Shown here piece after piece: positions 27,301 to 39,700 of a stretch of DNA of 64,000 bases. Source of the stretch: Lingula anatina (lineage: Eukaryota > Animalia > Brachiopoda). How positions within the stretch are numbered: position 1 is the stretch's first letter; the number at the start of each line of letters is the position of its first letter. The DNA lies in contig CM120640.1 in NCBI GenBank assembly GCA_051362555.1, positions 32,011,967 to 32,075,966 of the forward strand, written 5' to 3'. The notes under the pieces are model-generated. The model did no database searches, was not told the origin of the DNA, and was given only the letters and a program-made list of their open reading frames with translations. Position numbers and translations under genes: made by a program.

Positions 27301-29418
27301 AGTTCCATACTGCTGATCCTCCTCTTTCTCCACCATATTGCTACCCGAGTGTTGTGTGGAGCTAGGCTGGAATGTTGCTGCAAATAAACCAACATAAACC
27401 TGTTAACAAAGATGGCTTTTTCATAGAACATCTTCCAAAGTTAAACAAATTTGTTGCAATGTAAAGCAAGACTGTTCAGTGTTTTGACCATGTATCTTGG
27501 TCTGCTCTCAAATGAAATCTTTAATTGAAATATCAAACTTTGCATTAATTCTTGGACTGAAACAATTACATTTCTCTTTGAAAATACCATAAAAGGAAAG
27601 GACTTGAATTTGTTTTTAAACTGTTGATATTCACCCCTCAGTCTGGTAGCCTCTTCTTCCCCAAGTGGCAGCAATTGATAGACTGGTGTTTGAGCCAAAG
27701 ACCTCTTCTTGATCAAGTCTCTGTTACACAGGACGTTCAACCTCCAAGCTGCCATGCAGAATGCTAGAAACATACATACATACATAACAAACATTTCAAG
27801 CAAAATGATAAAGCAATATCTGAGAGCGAACACGAAATAAAGTTGATATTGTATTTCCACATTTTCAATGCAGCAAAATATTCAACTAGATTATTATGTG
27901 TATAATGATACTGAAATCAACTGTTTTTTTTTTTCATTTGGACAAAAAGAATAATATGTACTTGTGTGAGACTAGGAGGGTTTACCACACAACTAATTCA
28001 ACATTACCTTTAGGTATGTGGTTAAACTTTTCCTCACACAACTTTGCAGCTTCTTCTATAAGCATAGCCTCTGGTATCAAAATGTTTTCCTTTGGACTAA
28101 AATAATCAATTTAAAGTAAATTAATAAATAAAAGAAAAAAATCTCTAAATGTAATTTTCTTTTAGAGCAACCATGACACAAAAGGGGGGGGGGGGGGGGG
28201 GGGGGGGGGGGCTCAAATAAAAGAGTTAACTGATGACACTGTATAGCAGACAAATAACTTTGACACAAATAATAATAATATCTAACAATTGGTTTATCAG
28301 CTGTAATTCTACTATGTATATAGTATATAACGAAACTGAAAAATATGCCCTATTGTAACATTCATGTCTTATTTTTACCTGTTATCTTGAAGAGATTGTA
28401 CTTCAGTGAGATTCAACATGGCCACAAGGAACGCAGGAGCTGAACTCACAAACATGCCAGCAGGTGGTGCTTTATTGCTTAGGTGTTTGAATCCCATCAT
28501 CTCCTTCAACTTTTCCGACAATTCTTTCCCTATCTGAAGACACACACCAAATAAATGTTATGATCAGAACAAAACAAATGCAAAGCCATATTAAAAGGAT
28601 ATATTTCAGTTATATGTATGTCAATCCAAACATTAATAATGTGTTGCATTAGCAGCTAAAATATCTCTTGAAATACTCACAGATCTTACTGTCCAATGTA
28701 ATATGTAGAATTAAGTTATACAATATAAAAATAAGTCTTGTATTCAAACTTTCAAGAATTTTCATAACCTATTTAAATGGTTTAGTACTCTTCATTTTAT
28801 AGCCTTTACAGCACAATTTAAAATAACAAAACAAAGTATCCTATGGCTCACCCCCTCTAATTTGGCTGCCTGGTTGACAGATTTCACAGGTTCCTGGGAC
28901 AGCTCCAGGGAAATGATGGCTTTGGATGTCCATTCTGCTGCTGATTTCAAATAAACACAGTTCCTCTGGTATCCCTCATACTCAATCAAACCTCGGATGA
29001 ACTTGTACCTCTGGAAAGAATACGATACCAACAACTTCATACATTACTTGTAATGTAAAATGAAGGTGTACTGGTAGTAAAGGCAAAATATGAGCAGTAC
29101 ATACCTTGCATCATTTTCAAACTTGTACAGATAAATAATGTGGAATGATAAATAATGGAAACGATAATTTAAGACTACAACTTCACGAGCGTGGGAAAAA
29201 ATTCAATATTTCGCAAGTTTTAACTTAGCGGGTCAACAGGGAATGTTGCGAGTGAAATGAAACTAGTTACTACTGTTTGAAACAGACAACTAGCACGACC
29301 CTTACAATTACTATTCTCCTCATAATCTCGATGCTGAACTTGATAGATATATATATAATCACGACATTTACGAAACCAATATACTCACGAGGTCGAGATA
29401 ACTCCTTCCTCGTTTCAT
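22813..29418 (-). CDS. MUS81-like ERCC4/XPF-family structure-specific endonuclease, about 896 aa, 11 exons: 29418-29389, 29010-28852, 28533-28379, 28096-28008, 27763-27635, 27377-27272, 26776-26719, 26443-26311, 25562-25357, 24990-24881, 24328-22813
   Basis: All exon phases are consistent (2691 nt total). HhH: AAKLEGIGKELSEKL. Winged helix: SSAPAFLVAML..EAAKLCEEKF..AAWRLNVLCNRDLI..YQLLPLGEEEA. ERCC4: LVILVDTQE..LACGDYSW..VERKRADDLAKSLVDGRYGKQR..YILE. The start codon and the 25357 donor are less certain. Confidence 0.85.
25357..25562 (-). CDS. MUS81-like exon 9 (ERCC4 continued)
   Basis: DDLAKSLVDGRYGKQRRDM...LKYILE...CADGCGGVGKCGYP. Confidence 0.85.
26311..26443 (-). CDS. MUS81-like exon 8 (ERCC4 catalytic GD...ERK)
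   Basis: YRTKKLACGDYSWLLRCGGEERVMPLLVERKRA. Confidence 0.9.
27008..27179. mobile_element. MITE-like element in an intron of the MUS81-like gene
   Basis: Terminal inverted repeats CAGGCCCGTA / TACGGGCCTG, TGAC on both flanks (possible 4-bp TSD), internal repeated GAACCCCCC and AAAAGGTCCA. Confidence 0.7.
27635..27763 (-). CDS. MUS81-like exon 5 (winged helix)
   Basis: MAAWRLNVLCNRDLIKKRSLAQTPVYQLLPLGEEEATRL. Confidence 0.85.
28184..28212. repeat. Poly-G tract
   Basis: About 29 consecutive G. Confidence 0.9.
28379..28533 (-). CDS. MUS81-like exon 3 (end of HhH, start of winged helix)
   Basis: IGKELSEKLKEM...SSAPAFLVAML; canonical splice sites. Confidence 0.85.
28852..29010 (-). CDS. MUS81-like exon 2 (N-terminal HhH domain)
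   Basis: ttccag|AGG ... GGG|gtgagc; KAIISLELSQEPVKSVNQAAKLEG. Confidence 0.85.
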
Positions 29419-31213
29419 TTTAACTCGTTTGCACGTCTTTTCAACCTTCAATTATAGGAGATCAGAAGACGGGCTTACACCTCTCAGAGCGTGGCCCTCT
29501 TTTCTACAACATCACCAAATCCAGAAATCCTTCCCCTTCATTCTTGTCGACTGCCGCACCCCTCCCTATTTTAAAAGCAATGTGTATTTTGTGCATTTCA
29601 GAGCAGATTTCATAAAGACTAAAGAATGAATGGGATGAATGAATAAGCCTAAACCTAACACCAAATGAAAACATGCAGCTTTATGAAGACGACTGTTTTT
29701 TTTTCCTGAAAAATAAAACTGTTTAGATTAAAACGTTAAATTGGTTAGGTCCTTTCTATTTTGACATCCTGCTGTTTTGTCTTAATCTTGACTTGTTCAC
29801 AAACCGTCAGCAAGATGTCAAAATATGAAGGATCCAAACAATGAACATTTTTCATTAGGCCTACCACTATTTACAGATGCGATTAATTTATTTTCACAAC
29901 CATTTTTGGTGAGACAGAACGAGTGCAGTTTAATGTAATATGTCTAAACGTACCTTTATAAGCTTTGGATCATACAAAATGCATTTTAGATACGTAAAGA
30001 TATAGATCGTCTGCTTCCTAAAGCATTTTTCAATTATTTTGATTGATTCGTTTTATAAGGTAAAATACAGATCGGACAAATAGCCATCTTTGGGCTACAG
30101 CAGGCATATCTCTACCGAGGATCCAAACTGATGTATATTTTTACTAAGATAAGTAGGTCTATCAGTCCCGACAGAAATTGTACTTTTTTTTAAATGATCG
30201 AAATTGATAACATACTAAAATAGGGTCTTCAATGTACTTTTTTTCATACCAATGTAAGTGCAGTTCGATTCTAGATCTAAAATGGTCAGTTTGGAAAGTC
30301 AGTTTCTGATGTTTAGAATGGATAGTTTCAGGCAGTGATGTAGCCTACGCAATGGAGCCTGTGCTGGACGAATAAAAAACGCACATCACTGATTCTCAAT
30401 ATATATATACATGTATATAGATCTATGTAACACTTTTTTTATTTTATTAAAAGTAGTGGAATAATTGCTTGTCCAAGTGAAACCCTACTAGCATCAGTCT
30501 TGCAACTTAAATCACAGAAAAAAACGATCAAACGCATAAAAAAAACTAAATTTTGAACCTTCGTTACTGTCGTTCGCAGCATGCTCACATTCTATAATAG
30601 ATCTAGTTATTTTCCCAAAGTAGGCAGTTTGCAACTCGTCAGGAAGCGAGTATGATGTTTAACACCCGCAGAAATGTCTAGAAAGTTTATTTCAAATGAC
30701 ACAATAAATAGCTTGCAGCTACTTTCGCGCTGTCCCCTGGCTTTTAGAAATAGAAAAAAAAGCCTTCGTGACGACTTTTGCCGCAGGTCGATATTTTTAG
30801 TTGATTTTTTAAAAATATTTTAGCTATTAATAAAATCTTCAATTTATTTACTTCCACGTTAAGTAAGACGATATGGTGACAGGCCACAGTTAAATGTTTG
30901 ACAAGAAACACGCCAAAACAGCGTTTCCTTAGAAAGTAATTTGCAAAACCTTCACTAAAAGCCACTATGAAAAAAAAAACATACTTTCAGTTGAGAACAA
31001 AATGTTCCAGTTAAATAAACACACATCCCGTAATGCCCTTTAGTGTTAGCAAACGTGCAAATATTATCCAAAAAGGTTGTTGATTTCAAAACTTTTGTTA
31101 CTTAAACCTTCGTCATTGAATACAAAAACTGTTGCATACTAGCAAGGCATGAGTCGGAAAATGTTTGCATGATTACACAAAAAGCACTTTCTGTCACCAG
31201 AGTTTTAGAAAAT

Positions 31214-31464
31214 CAGTGGCGGATTTAGAGGGGGGGTCCTGCCCCCCCCCCCCCCCCCTTCGGTTTCTGAAAAATATATCACACCAGTATTCCCCTCTTG
31301 AAATAAAAAATTGACTTGCTGAATCATAGTTCTAAACAGTACCAAAGGGCACCGTTTACCCTCCAAAATACCAAAAAAATTTCGGGGCCCTTGAGCAGTC
31401 CCCATCTCGCGTGCGAGACCTGTCGTTCCGGACCCCCCTACAAATAATCCTGGATCCGCCCCTG
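31214..31464. mobile_element. MITE-like element
   Basis: Imperfect TIRs CAGTGGCGGAT / ATCCGCCCCTG with G/C-rich subterminal tracts; no clear TSD. Confidence 0.6.
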
Positions 31465-32320
31465 AAACCCATCAATTTAGGAAATTTATCTTTAATAAGA
31501 ATATAAAAATGTATCGGCTAAAATATTTGTTTTCATAGTTTTTTGTCTATTGAGAGTAAGGGGATAGAAGTACGGGAATGATTAGACCTTCGATTACCCA
31601 TTTTTCTCAATCCCCGTTATTTAGATTGACATCACTAAATAGGCTTCATCTTTAAGTAGCAAAACCACCTATTCTACGCACATCACACCATTGAAATCGA
31701 AAATTAATTAACGACACGTTTCAACAACTGTTATTTCTTTAAGTCCAATACTTAATTTCTCAGATCATTGGCCTTACCTCCATTTTCAGCGGGGGGCACC
31801 AACTGTAACTCTCTGCCGTCTATCCATGGCCTGGCCACCATATCCCACGATGTCCCCGCCTTGTTTTCTTGCTGCATATCTCTAGCGGGTATTGAACGTT
31901 TAGCCTAAGTATCACTTACATTAAATTCCATGTGTTTAAAAATGAAAACTCCACGCCAGTCAGAAAAATATCCTTCGTATAAGCTGTGTAATTTCATATT
32001 AAGGTTATTTCATCATTTTGGCTTTCTGCTTTTTTTACTTGTCACCCCAACCCCTGAACCCGTTGAGGCAGATTGTTTAACTCAATCTTCAGCTAAAAGT
32101 ATACTTTTTTATTTTGGTTATTAGAGACTCAGTCTTCTGATGAAATGTACAATGTCCTCTTCATTACATGGTTGTATGATTTTTGTTAATCCTTTTTAAA
32201 ATAAAAGACCATTTGGGTAGGCCTAATTACAGGAGATTTAGATTATCAAAATATATCCATATTTCTGTATCCAACTTATAAGGAAAGAATTGAAAGAAGG
32301 AAAAAGAAATTGTAGACGAC

Positions 32321-32465
32321 CAGGCCTGTACCCAGCCATTTCAAAGGAGGGGTGTCATTTCCTGCAAAAGTTGACCTTTTAGCATGAAATCTCCGTGTAC
32401 GTAGGCCTGGGTTACCCTGAGCAACCTTCTTCGTACGACCTCCCCCCTTTCCGGCTACAGACCTG
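32321..32465 (-). mobile_element. MITE-like element related to 27008-27179, opposite orientation
   Basis: TIRs CAGGCCTGTA / TACAGACCTG; contains AAAAGTTGACCTTTT, the reverse complement of the AAAAGGTC(C/A)ACTTTT motif in the other copy. Confidence 0.6.
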
Positions 32466-32518
32466 TTTATTTTGGTAATTAAACAACATAAAAGATCACA
32501 GGAGCTGACGGAGGTTAA

Positions 32519-32570
32519 TCCCCCCCCCCACCCCCCCCCACCCCCCCCCCCCCCACACACACACACACAA
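32519..32570. repeat. Poly-C / (CA)n tract
   Basis: Directly visible. Confidence 0.85.
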
Positions 32571-33749
32571 CAAACACGAAAGTTTTTTTTAAATCATGCC
32601 AGTTCTGAACAGTGAAAAGTGGGACTATGGATCCCTGCATGCCATCTTCTTTTAAGCAATTATAAGAATTAGTTAAAATATTTAAGCAAATGTAAAAAGT
32701 AACTAAAGCATTAAATCTCACCAAGCATTTTCCTTTCGTTATCCTTTCTCCTTGCAAAACTAAAGCTACCAAAAACTCCACATGAATGTTTATAGCAAAA
32801 ATGTATTATCACTTTATCTTTATTTCCATCATCTGTGAAACAAGATATGAAATGGAAGTTTCTTCTATATTGTGGATAAGTGTTCCAGTGTACGCGGACA
32901 AGGTCGTTCACTAATGGCCTGGGGCAGGTTAGTAAACTTCAGGTTGATATCATGTCAACAAGATGCAAGGACACTGTCAATAATAGGGGAGAAGTAAAAA
33001 ACTATTATATCACTGATTATTATCTCCGAAATAAATGCGTGTTTTCCCCTCTCTAAACAAAAAAGTTAAGGTATGAAAACGCTGAATGCACTTCAAACGT
33101 AGATATATATATACAATACAATAAGAGCGGGCAATTGTGAACATGTGATCACATTACAGCACACTGAGCAGCGGGATGGACTTATTGCGTTGCACTCCAG
33201 AGGAGAAAAAGGACGCGAAGTGAGAGTGATTTTCTTCGGCCAACCGCCTTCAAATCTCATGTGATCCTACGCCAATGCATCGCACTTGAGGATAGTTTCT
33301 TTACTAACACAAAACACCCAATGTTTCGTCTTTTTCCCATGGTGTGCTTCTGTGAATTCGACTCTTCAATCCATGCGGACTCATCGCTCTGGGAAATGTA
33401 CATGTACAAAAAAACACAGCTCTCAGCCCGGACGTCTAATAACCGCCGCATAGAAATTATTGGGAAACGGACAGCAATCCAAGCTACTGGAGATGGGTTA
33501 GTGCCACCATGTCATAGTCTTTTCATTTCTGCCATATTCCTCCTCTGCCCATGTTTGCCTTTTGAGGCTAGAACCAAAACCGTCATATGTCCTATTTAGA
33601 TCAACCTCATCGAGTTTTGTTGTCGTAGTTCTCTTCTAAGGCTGATTTGCATTTTCTCGTTTTTGTATTGTCTTGCATTTGTAATGTACTGTGTCAATAA
33701 CAAACTAAAAAAAATCTCATCTCATTTTCCTTTCCTTTTTGAGGGGGTG

Positions 33750-36700
33750 GAGGAGGGAGGGTACGTAAATTGAAAAAGTTCTAATCTCATTCTAATTTCT
33801 TTTTACAGGACATAGAAGATGATGAGTGCCAACCATCGAATATTGACTTCTCTTCGGATCAAGAATTTAAGGTTAGTAAATTTCATTTTTTTGGAGGGGA
33901 TTGGTAAATTGACTTAAAATCTAATCTAGTTTTATTTCTTTTTTACAGAACATTGAAGACAATGAGCGACTCTACCCAGACATAGACTTCACACATCGAT
34001 AGAAGTTAAGGTTAGTAATCTTTTTATTTGGGGGAGGGGGGGGGAGGATTGCGACAGGGTAAATTAAAAAGATCTAACCTCATTCCTATTTCTTTTACAG
34101 GACATAGAAGATGATGAATGCCTACCAGCCTACCAGCCTACCATCAAGCATTGACTACTCTTTGGATCAAGAATTTAAGGTTAGTAAATTTCATTTTTTT
34201 GGAGGGGATTGGTAAATTGACTTAAAATCTAATCTAGTTTTATTTCTTTTTTACAGAACATTGAAGACGATAAACGACTCTACCCAGACATAGACTTCAC
34301 ACATCGATAGAAGTTAAGGTTAGTAATCTTTTTATTTGGGGGAGGGGGGGGAGGATGGGGGAGAGGTAAATTAAAAAAGATCTTACCTCATTCCTATTTC
34401 TTTTACAGGACATAGAAGATGATGAATGCCTACCAGCCTACCAGCCTACCATCAAGCATTGACTACTCTTTGGATCAAGAATTTAAGGTTAGTAAATTTC
34501 ATTTTTTTGGAGGGGATAGGTAAATTGAATAAAAATCTAATCTAGTTTTATTTCCTTTACAGAACACAGAAGACGATGAAAGACTCTACCCAGACATAGA
34601 CTTCACACATCGATAGAAGTTAAGGTTAGTAAACTTTTTATTTGGGGGAGGGGGGGGGGAGGATGGGGGAGAGGTAAATTAAAAAGATCTAACCTCATTC
34701 CTATTTCTTTTACAGGACATAGAAGATGATGAATGCCTACCAGCCTACCATCAAGCATTGACTACTCTTTGGATCAAGAATTTAAGGTTAGTAAATTTCA
34801 TCTTTGGAGGGGATAGGTAAATTGAATTAAAATCTAATCTAGTTTTATTTCTTTTACAGAACAAAGAAGACAATGAAAGACTCTACCCAGACATAGACTT
34901 CACACATCGATAGAAGTTAAGGTTAGTAAACTTTTTATTTGGGGGAGGGGGGGGGGAGGATGGCGGGAGAGGTAAATTAAAAAGATCTAACCTCATTCCT
35001 ATTTCTTTTACAGGTCATAGAAGATGATGAATGCCTACCAGCCTACCAGCCTACCATCAAGCATTGACTACTCTTTGGATCATGAATTTAAGGTTAGTAA
35101 ATTTCATTTTTTTGGAGGGGATAGGTAAATTGAATAAAAATCTAATCTAGTTTTATTTCTTTTTACAGAACATAGAAGACTATGAGCGACTCTACCCTGA
35201 CATAGAATTCACACATCGATAGAAGTTAAGGTTGGTAAACTTATTATTTGGGGAAGGGGGGGATGTGGGGAGAGGTAAATTAAAAAGATCTAACCTCATT
35301 CCTATTTATTTTACAGGACATAGAAGATGATGAATGCATAGAATACGATGAGCGACTCTACCCAGACACAGACTTCACACATCGATAGAAGTTAAGGTAA
35401 GTAAACTTTTTATTTGGGGGAGGGGGGGGGGGAGGATGGGGGAGAGGTAAATTAAAAAGATCTAACCTCATTCCTATTTCTTTTACAGGACATAGAAGAT
35501 GATGAATGCCTACCAGCCTACTAGCCTACCATCAAGCATTGACTACTCTTTGGATCAAGAATTTAAGGTTAGTAAATTTCATTTTTTGGAGGGGATAGGT
35601 AAATTGAATTAAAATCTAATCTAGTTTTATTTCCTTTACAGAACACAGAAGACAATGAAAGACTCTACCCAGACACAGACTTCACACATCGATAGAAGTT
35701 AAGGTTAGTAAACATATTATTTGGGGGAGGGGGGGGATGTGGGGAGAGGTAAATTAAAAAGTTCTAACCTCATTCCTATTTCTTTTACAGGACATAGAAG
35801 ATGATGAATGCATAGAAGACGATGAGCGACTCTACCCAGACACAGACTTCACACATCGATAGAAGTTAAGGTTAGTAAACTTTTTATTTGGGGGAGGGGG
35901 GGGATGGGGGAGAGGTAAATTAAAAAGATCTAACCTCATTCCTGTTTCTTTTACAGGACATAGAAGATAATGCATGCATAGAAGACGATGAGCGACTCTA
36001 CCCAGACACAGACTTCACACGTCGATAGAAGTTAAGGTTAGTAAACTTTTTATTTGGGGGAGGGGGGGGGGAGGATGGGGGAGAGGTAAATTAAAAAGTT
36101 CTAACCTCATTCCTATTTCTTTTACAGGACATAGAAGATGATGAATGCATAGAAGACGATGAGCGACTCTACCCAGACACAGACTTCACACATCGATAGA
36201 AGTTAAGGTTAGTAAACTTTTTATTTGGGGGAGGGGGGGGGAGGATGGGGGAGAAGTAAATTAAAAAGATCTAACCTCATTCCTATTACTTTTACAGGAC
36301 ATAGAAGATGATGAATGCATAGAAGACGATGAGCGACTCTACCCAGACACAGACTTCACACATCGATAGAAGTTAAGGTTAGTAAACTTTTTATTTAGGG
36401 GAGGGGGGGGGGAGGATATGGGAGAGGTAAATTAAAAAGATCTAACCTCATTCCTGTTTCTTTTACAGGACATAGAAGATGATGTATGCATAGAAGACGA
36501 TGAGCGACTCTACCCAGACACAGACTTCACACATCGATAGAAGTTAAGGTTAGTAAACTTTTTATTTGGGGGAGGGGGGGGGGGGAGGATGGGGGAGAGG
36601 TAAATTAAAAAGTTCTAACCTCATTCCTATTTCTTTTACAGGACATAGAAGATGATGAATGCATAGAAGACGATGAGCGACTCTACCCAGACACAGACTT

Positions 36701-39700
36701 CGCACATCGATAGAAGTTAAGGTTAGTAAACTTTTTATTTGGGGGAGGGGGGGGAGGATATGGGAGAGGTAAATTAAAAAGATCTAACCTCATTCCTATT
36801 TCTTTTACAGGACATAGAAGATGATGAATGCATAGAAGACGATGAGCGACTCTACCCTGACATAGACTTCACACATCGATAGAAGTTAAGGTTAGTTAAC
36901 TTTTTATTTGGGGGAGGGGGGGGGGGTAAGATGGCGGGAGAGGTAAATTAAAAAGATCTAACCTCATTCCTATTTCTTTTACAGGACATAGAAGATGATG
37001 AATGCCTACCAGCCTACCAGCCTACCATCAAGCATTGACTACTCTTTGGATCAAGAATTTAAGGTTAGTAAATTTCAATTTTTGGAGGGGATAGGTAAAT
37101 TGAATTAAAATCTAATCTAGTTTTATTTCCTTTACAGAACACAGAAGACGATGAAAGACTCTACCCAGACATAGACTTCACACATCGATAGAAGTTAAGG
37201 TTAGTAAACTTTTTATTTGGGGGAGGGGGGGGGGGAGGATGGGGGAGAAGTAAATTAAAAAGATCTAACCTCATTCCTATTACTTTTACAGGACTTAGAA
37301 GATAATGAATGCATAGAAGACGATGAGCGACTCTACCCAGACACAGACTTCACACATCGATAGAAGTTAAGGTTAGTAAACTTATTATTTGGGGGAGGGG
37401 GGGGGGGAGGATGGGGGAGGGGTAAATTAAAAAGATCTAACCTGATTCCTGTTTCTTTTACAGGACATAGAAGATGATGTATGCATAGAAGACGATGAGC
37501 GACTCTACCCAGACACAGACTTCACACATCGATAAAAGTTAAGGTTAGTAAACTTTTTATTTGGGGGAGGGGGGGGGGAGGATGGGGGAGAGGTAAATTA
37601 AAAAGTTCTAACCTCATTCCTATTACTTTTACAGGACATAGAAGATGATGAATGCATAGAAGACGATGAGCGACTCTACCCAGACACAGACTTTACACAT
37701 CGATAGAAGTTAAGGTTAGTAAACTTATTATTTGGGGGAGGGGGGGGAGGATGGGGGAGAGGTAAATTAAAAAGATCTAACCTCATTCCTGTTTCTTTTA
37801 CAGGACATAGAAGATGATGTATGCATAGAAGACGATGAGCGACTCTACCCAGACACAGACTTCACACATCGATAGAAGTTAAGGTTAGTAAACTTTTTAT
37901 TTGGGGGAGGGGGGGGAGGATGGCGGGAGAGGTAAATTAAAAAGATCTAACCTCATTCCTATTTCTTTTACAGGACATAGAAGATGATGAATGCCTACCA
38001 GCCTACCAGCCTACCATCAAGCATTGACTACTCTTTGGATCAAGAATTTAAGGTTAGTAAATTTCATTTTTTGGAGGGGATAGGTAAATTGAATTAAAAT
38101 CTAATCTAGTTTTATTTCCTTTACAGAACACAGAAGACGATGAAAGACTCTACCCAGACATAGACTTCACACATCGATAGAAGTTAAGGTTAGTAAACTT
38201 TTTATTTGGGGGAGGGGGGGGGGAGGATGGGGGAGAAGTAAATTAAAAAGATCTAACCTCATTCCTATTACTTTTACAGGACATAGAAGATGATGAATAC
38301 ATAGAAGACGATGAGCGACTCTACCCAGACACAGACTTCACACATCGATAGAAGTTAAGGTTAGTAAACTTTTTATTTAGGGGAGGGGGGGGGGAGGATA
38401 TGGGAGAGGTAAATTAAAAAGATCTAACCTCATTCCTATTTCTTTTACAGGACATAGAAGATGATGAATGCATAGAAGACGATGAGCGACTCTACCCAGA
38501 CACAGACTTCACACATCGATAGAAGTTAAGGTTAGTAAACTTTTTATTTGGGGGAGGGGGGGGGGGGAGGATGGGGGAGAAGTAAATTAAAAAGACAACC
38601 TCATTCCTATTACTTTTACATGACATAGAAGATGATGTATGCATAGAAGACGATGAGCGACTCTACCCAGACACAGACTTCATACATCGATAGAAGTTAA
38701 GGTTAGTAAACTTTTTATTTGGGGGAGGGGGGGGGGATATGGGAGAGGTAAATTAAAAAGATCTAACCTCATTCCTATTACTTTTACAGGACTTAGAAGA
38801 TAATGAATGCATAGAAGACGATGAGCGACTCTACCCAGACACAGACTTCACACATCGATAGAAGTTAAGGTTAGTAAACTTATTATTTGGGGGAGGGGGG
38901 GGGGAGGATGGGGGAGGGGTAAATTAAAAAGATCTAACCTGATTCCTGTTTCTTTTACAGGACATAGAAGATGATGTATGCATAGAAGACGATGAGCGAC
39001 TCTACCCAGACACAGACTTCACACATCGATAAAAGTTAAGGTTAGTAAACTTTTTATTTGGGGGAGGGGGGGGGGGAGGATGGGGGAGAGGTAAATTAAA
39101 AAGTTCTAACCTCATTCCTATTACTTTTACAGGACATAGAAGATGATGAATGCATAGAAGACGATGAGCGACTCTACCCAGACACAGACTTTACACATCG
39201 ATAGAAGTTAAGGTTAGTAAACTTATTATTTGGGGGAGGGGGGGGAGGATGGGGGAGAGGTAAATTAAAAAGATCTAACCTCATTCCTGTTTCTTTTACA
39301 GGACATAGAAGATGATGTATGCATAGAAGACGATGAGCGACTCTACCCAGACACAGACTTCACACATCGATAGAAGTTAAGGTTAGTAAACTTTTTATTT
39401 GGGGGAGGGGGGGGAGGATGGCGGGAGAGGTAAATTAAAAAGATCTAACCTCATTCCTATTTCTTTTACAGGACATAGAAGATGATGAATGCCTACCAGC
39501 CTACCAGCCTACCATCAAGCATTGACTACTCTTTGGATCAAGAATTTAAGGTTAGTAAATTTCATTTTTTGGAGGGGATAGGTAAATTGAATTAAAATCT
39601 AATCTAGTTTTATTTCCTTTACAGAACACAGAAGACGATGAAAGACTCTACCCAGACATAGACTTCACACATCGATAGAAGTTAAGGTTAGTAAACTTTT

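Noticed and set aside
33261-33599. 112-aa ORF upstream of the array
   Set aside because: It has a GTG start, no recognisable domain and no convincing donor linking it to the first array exon.
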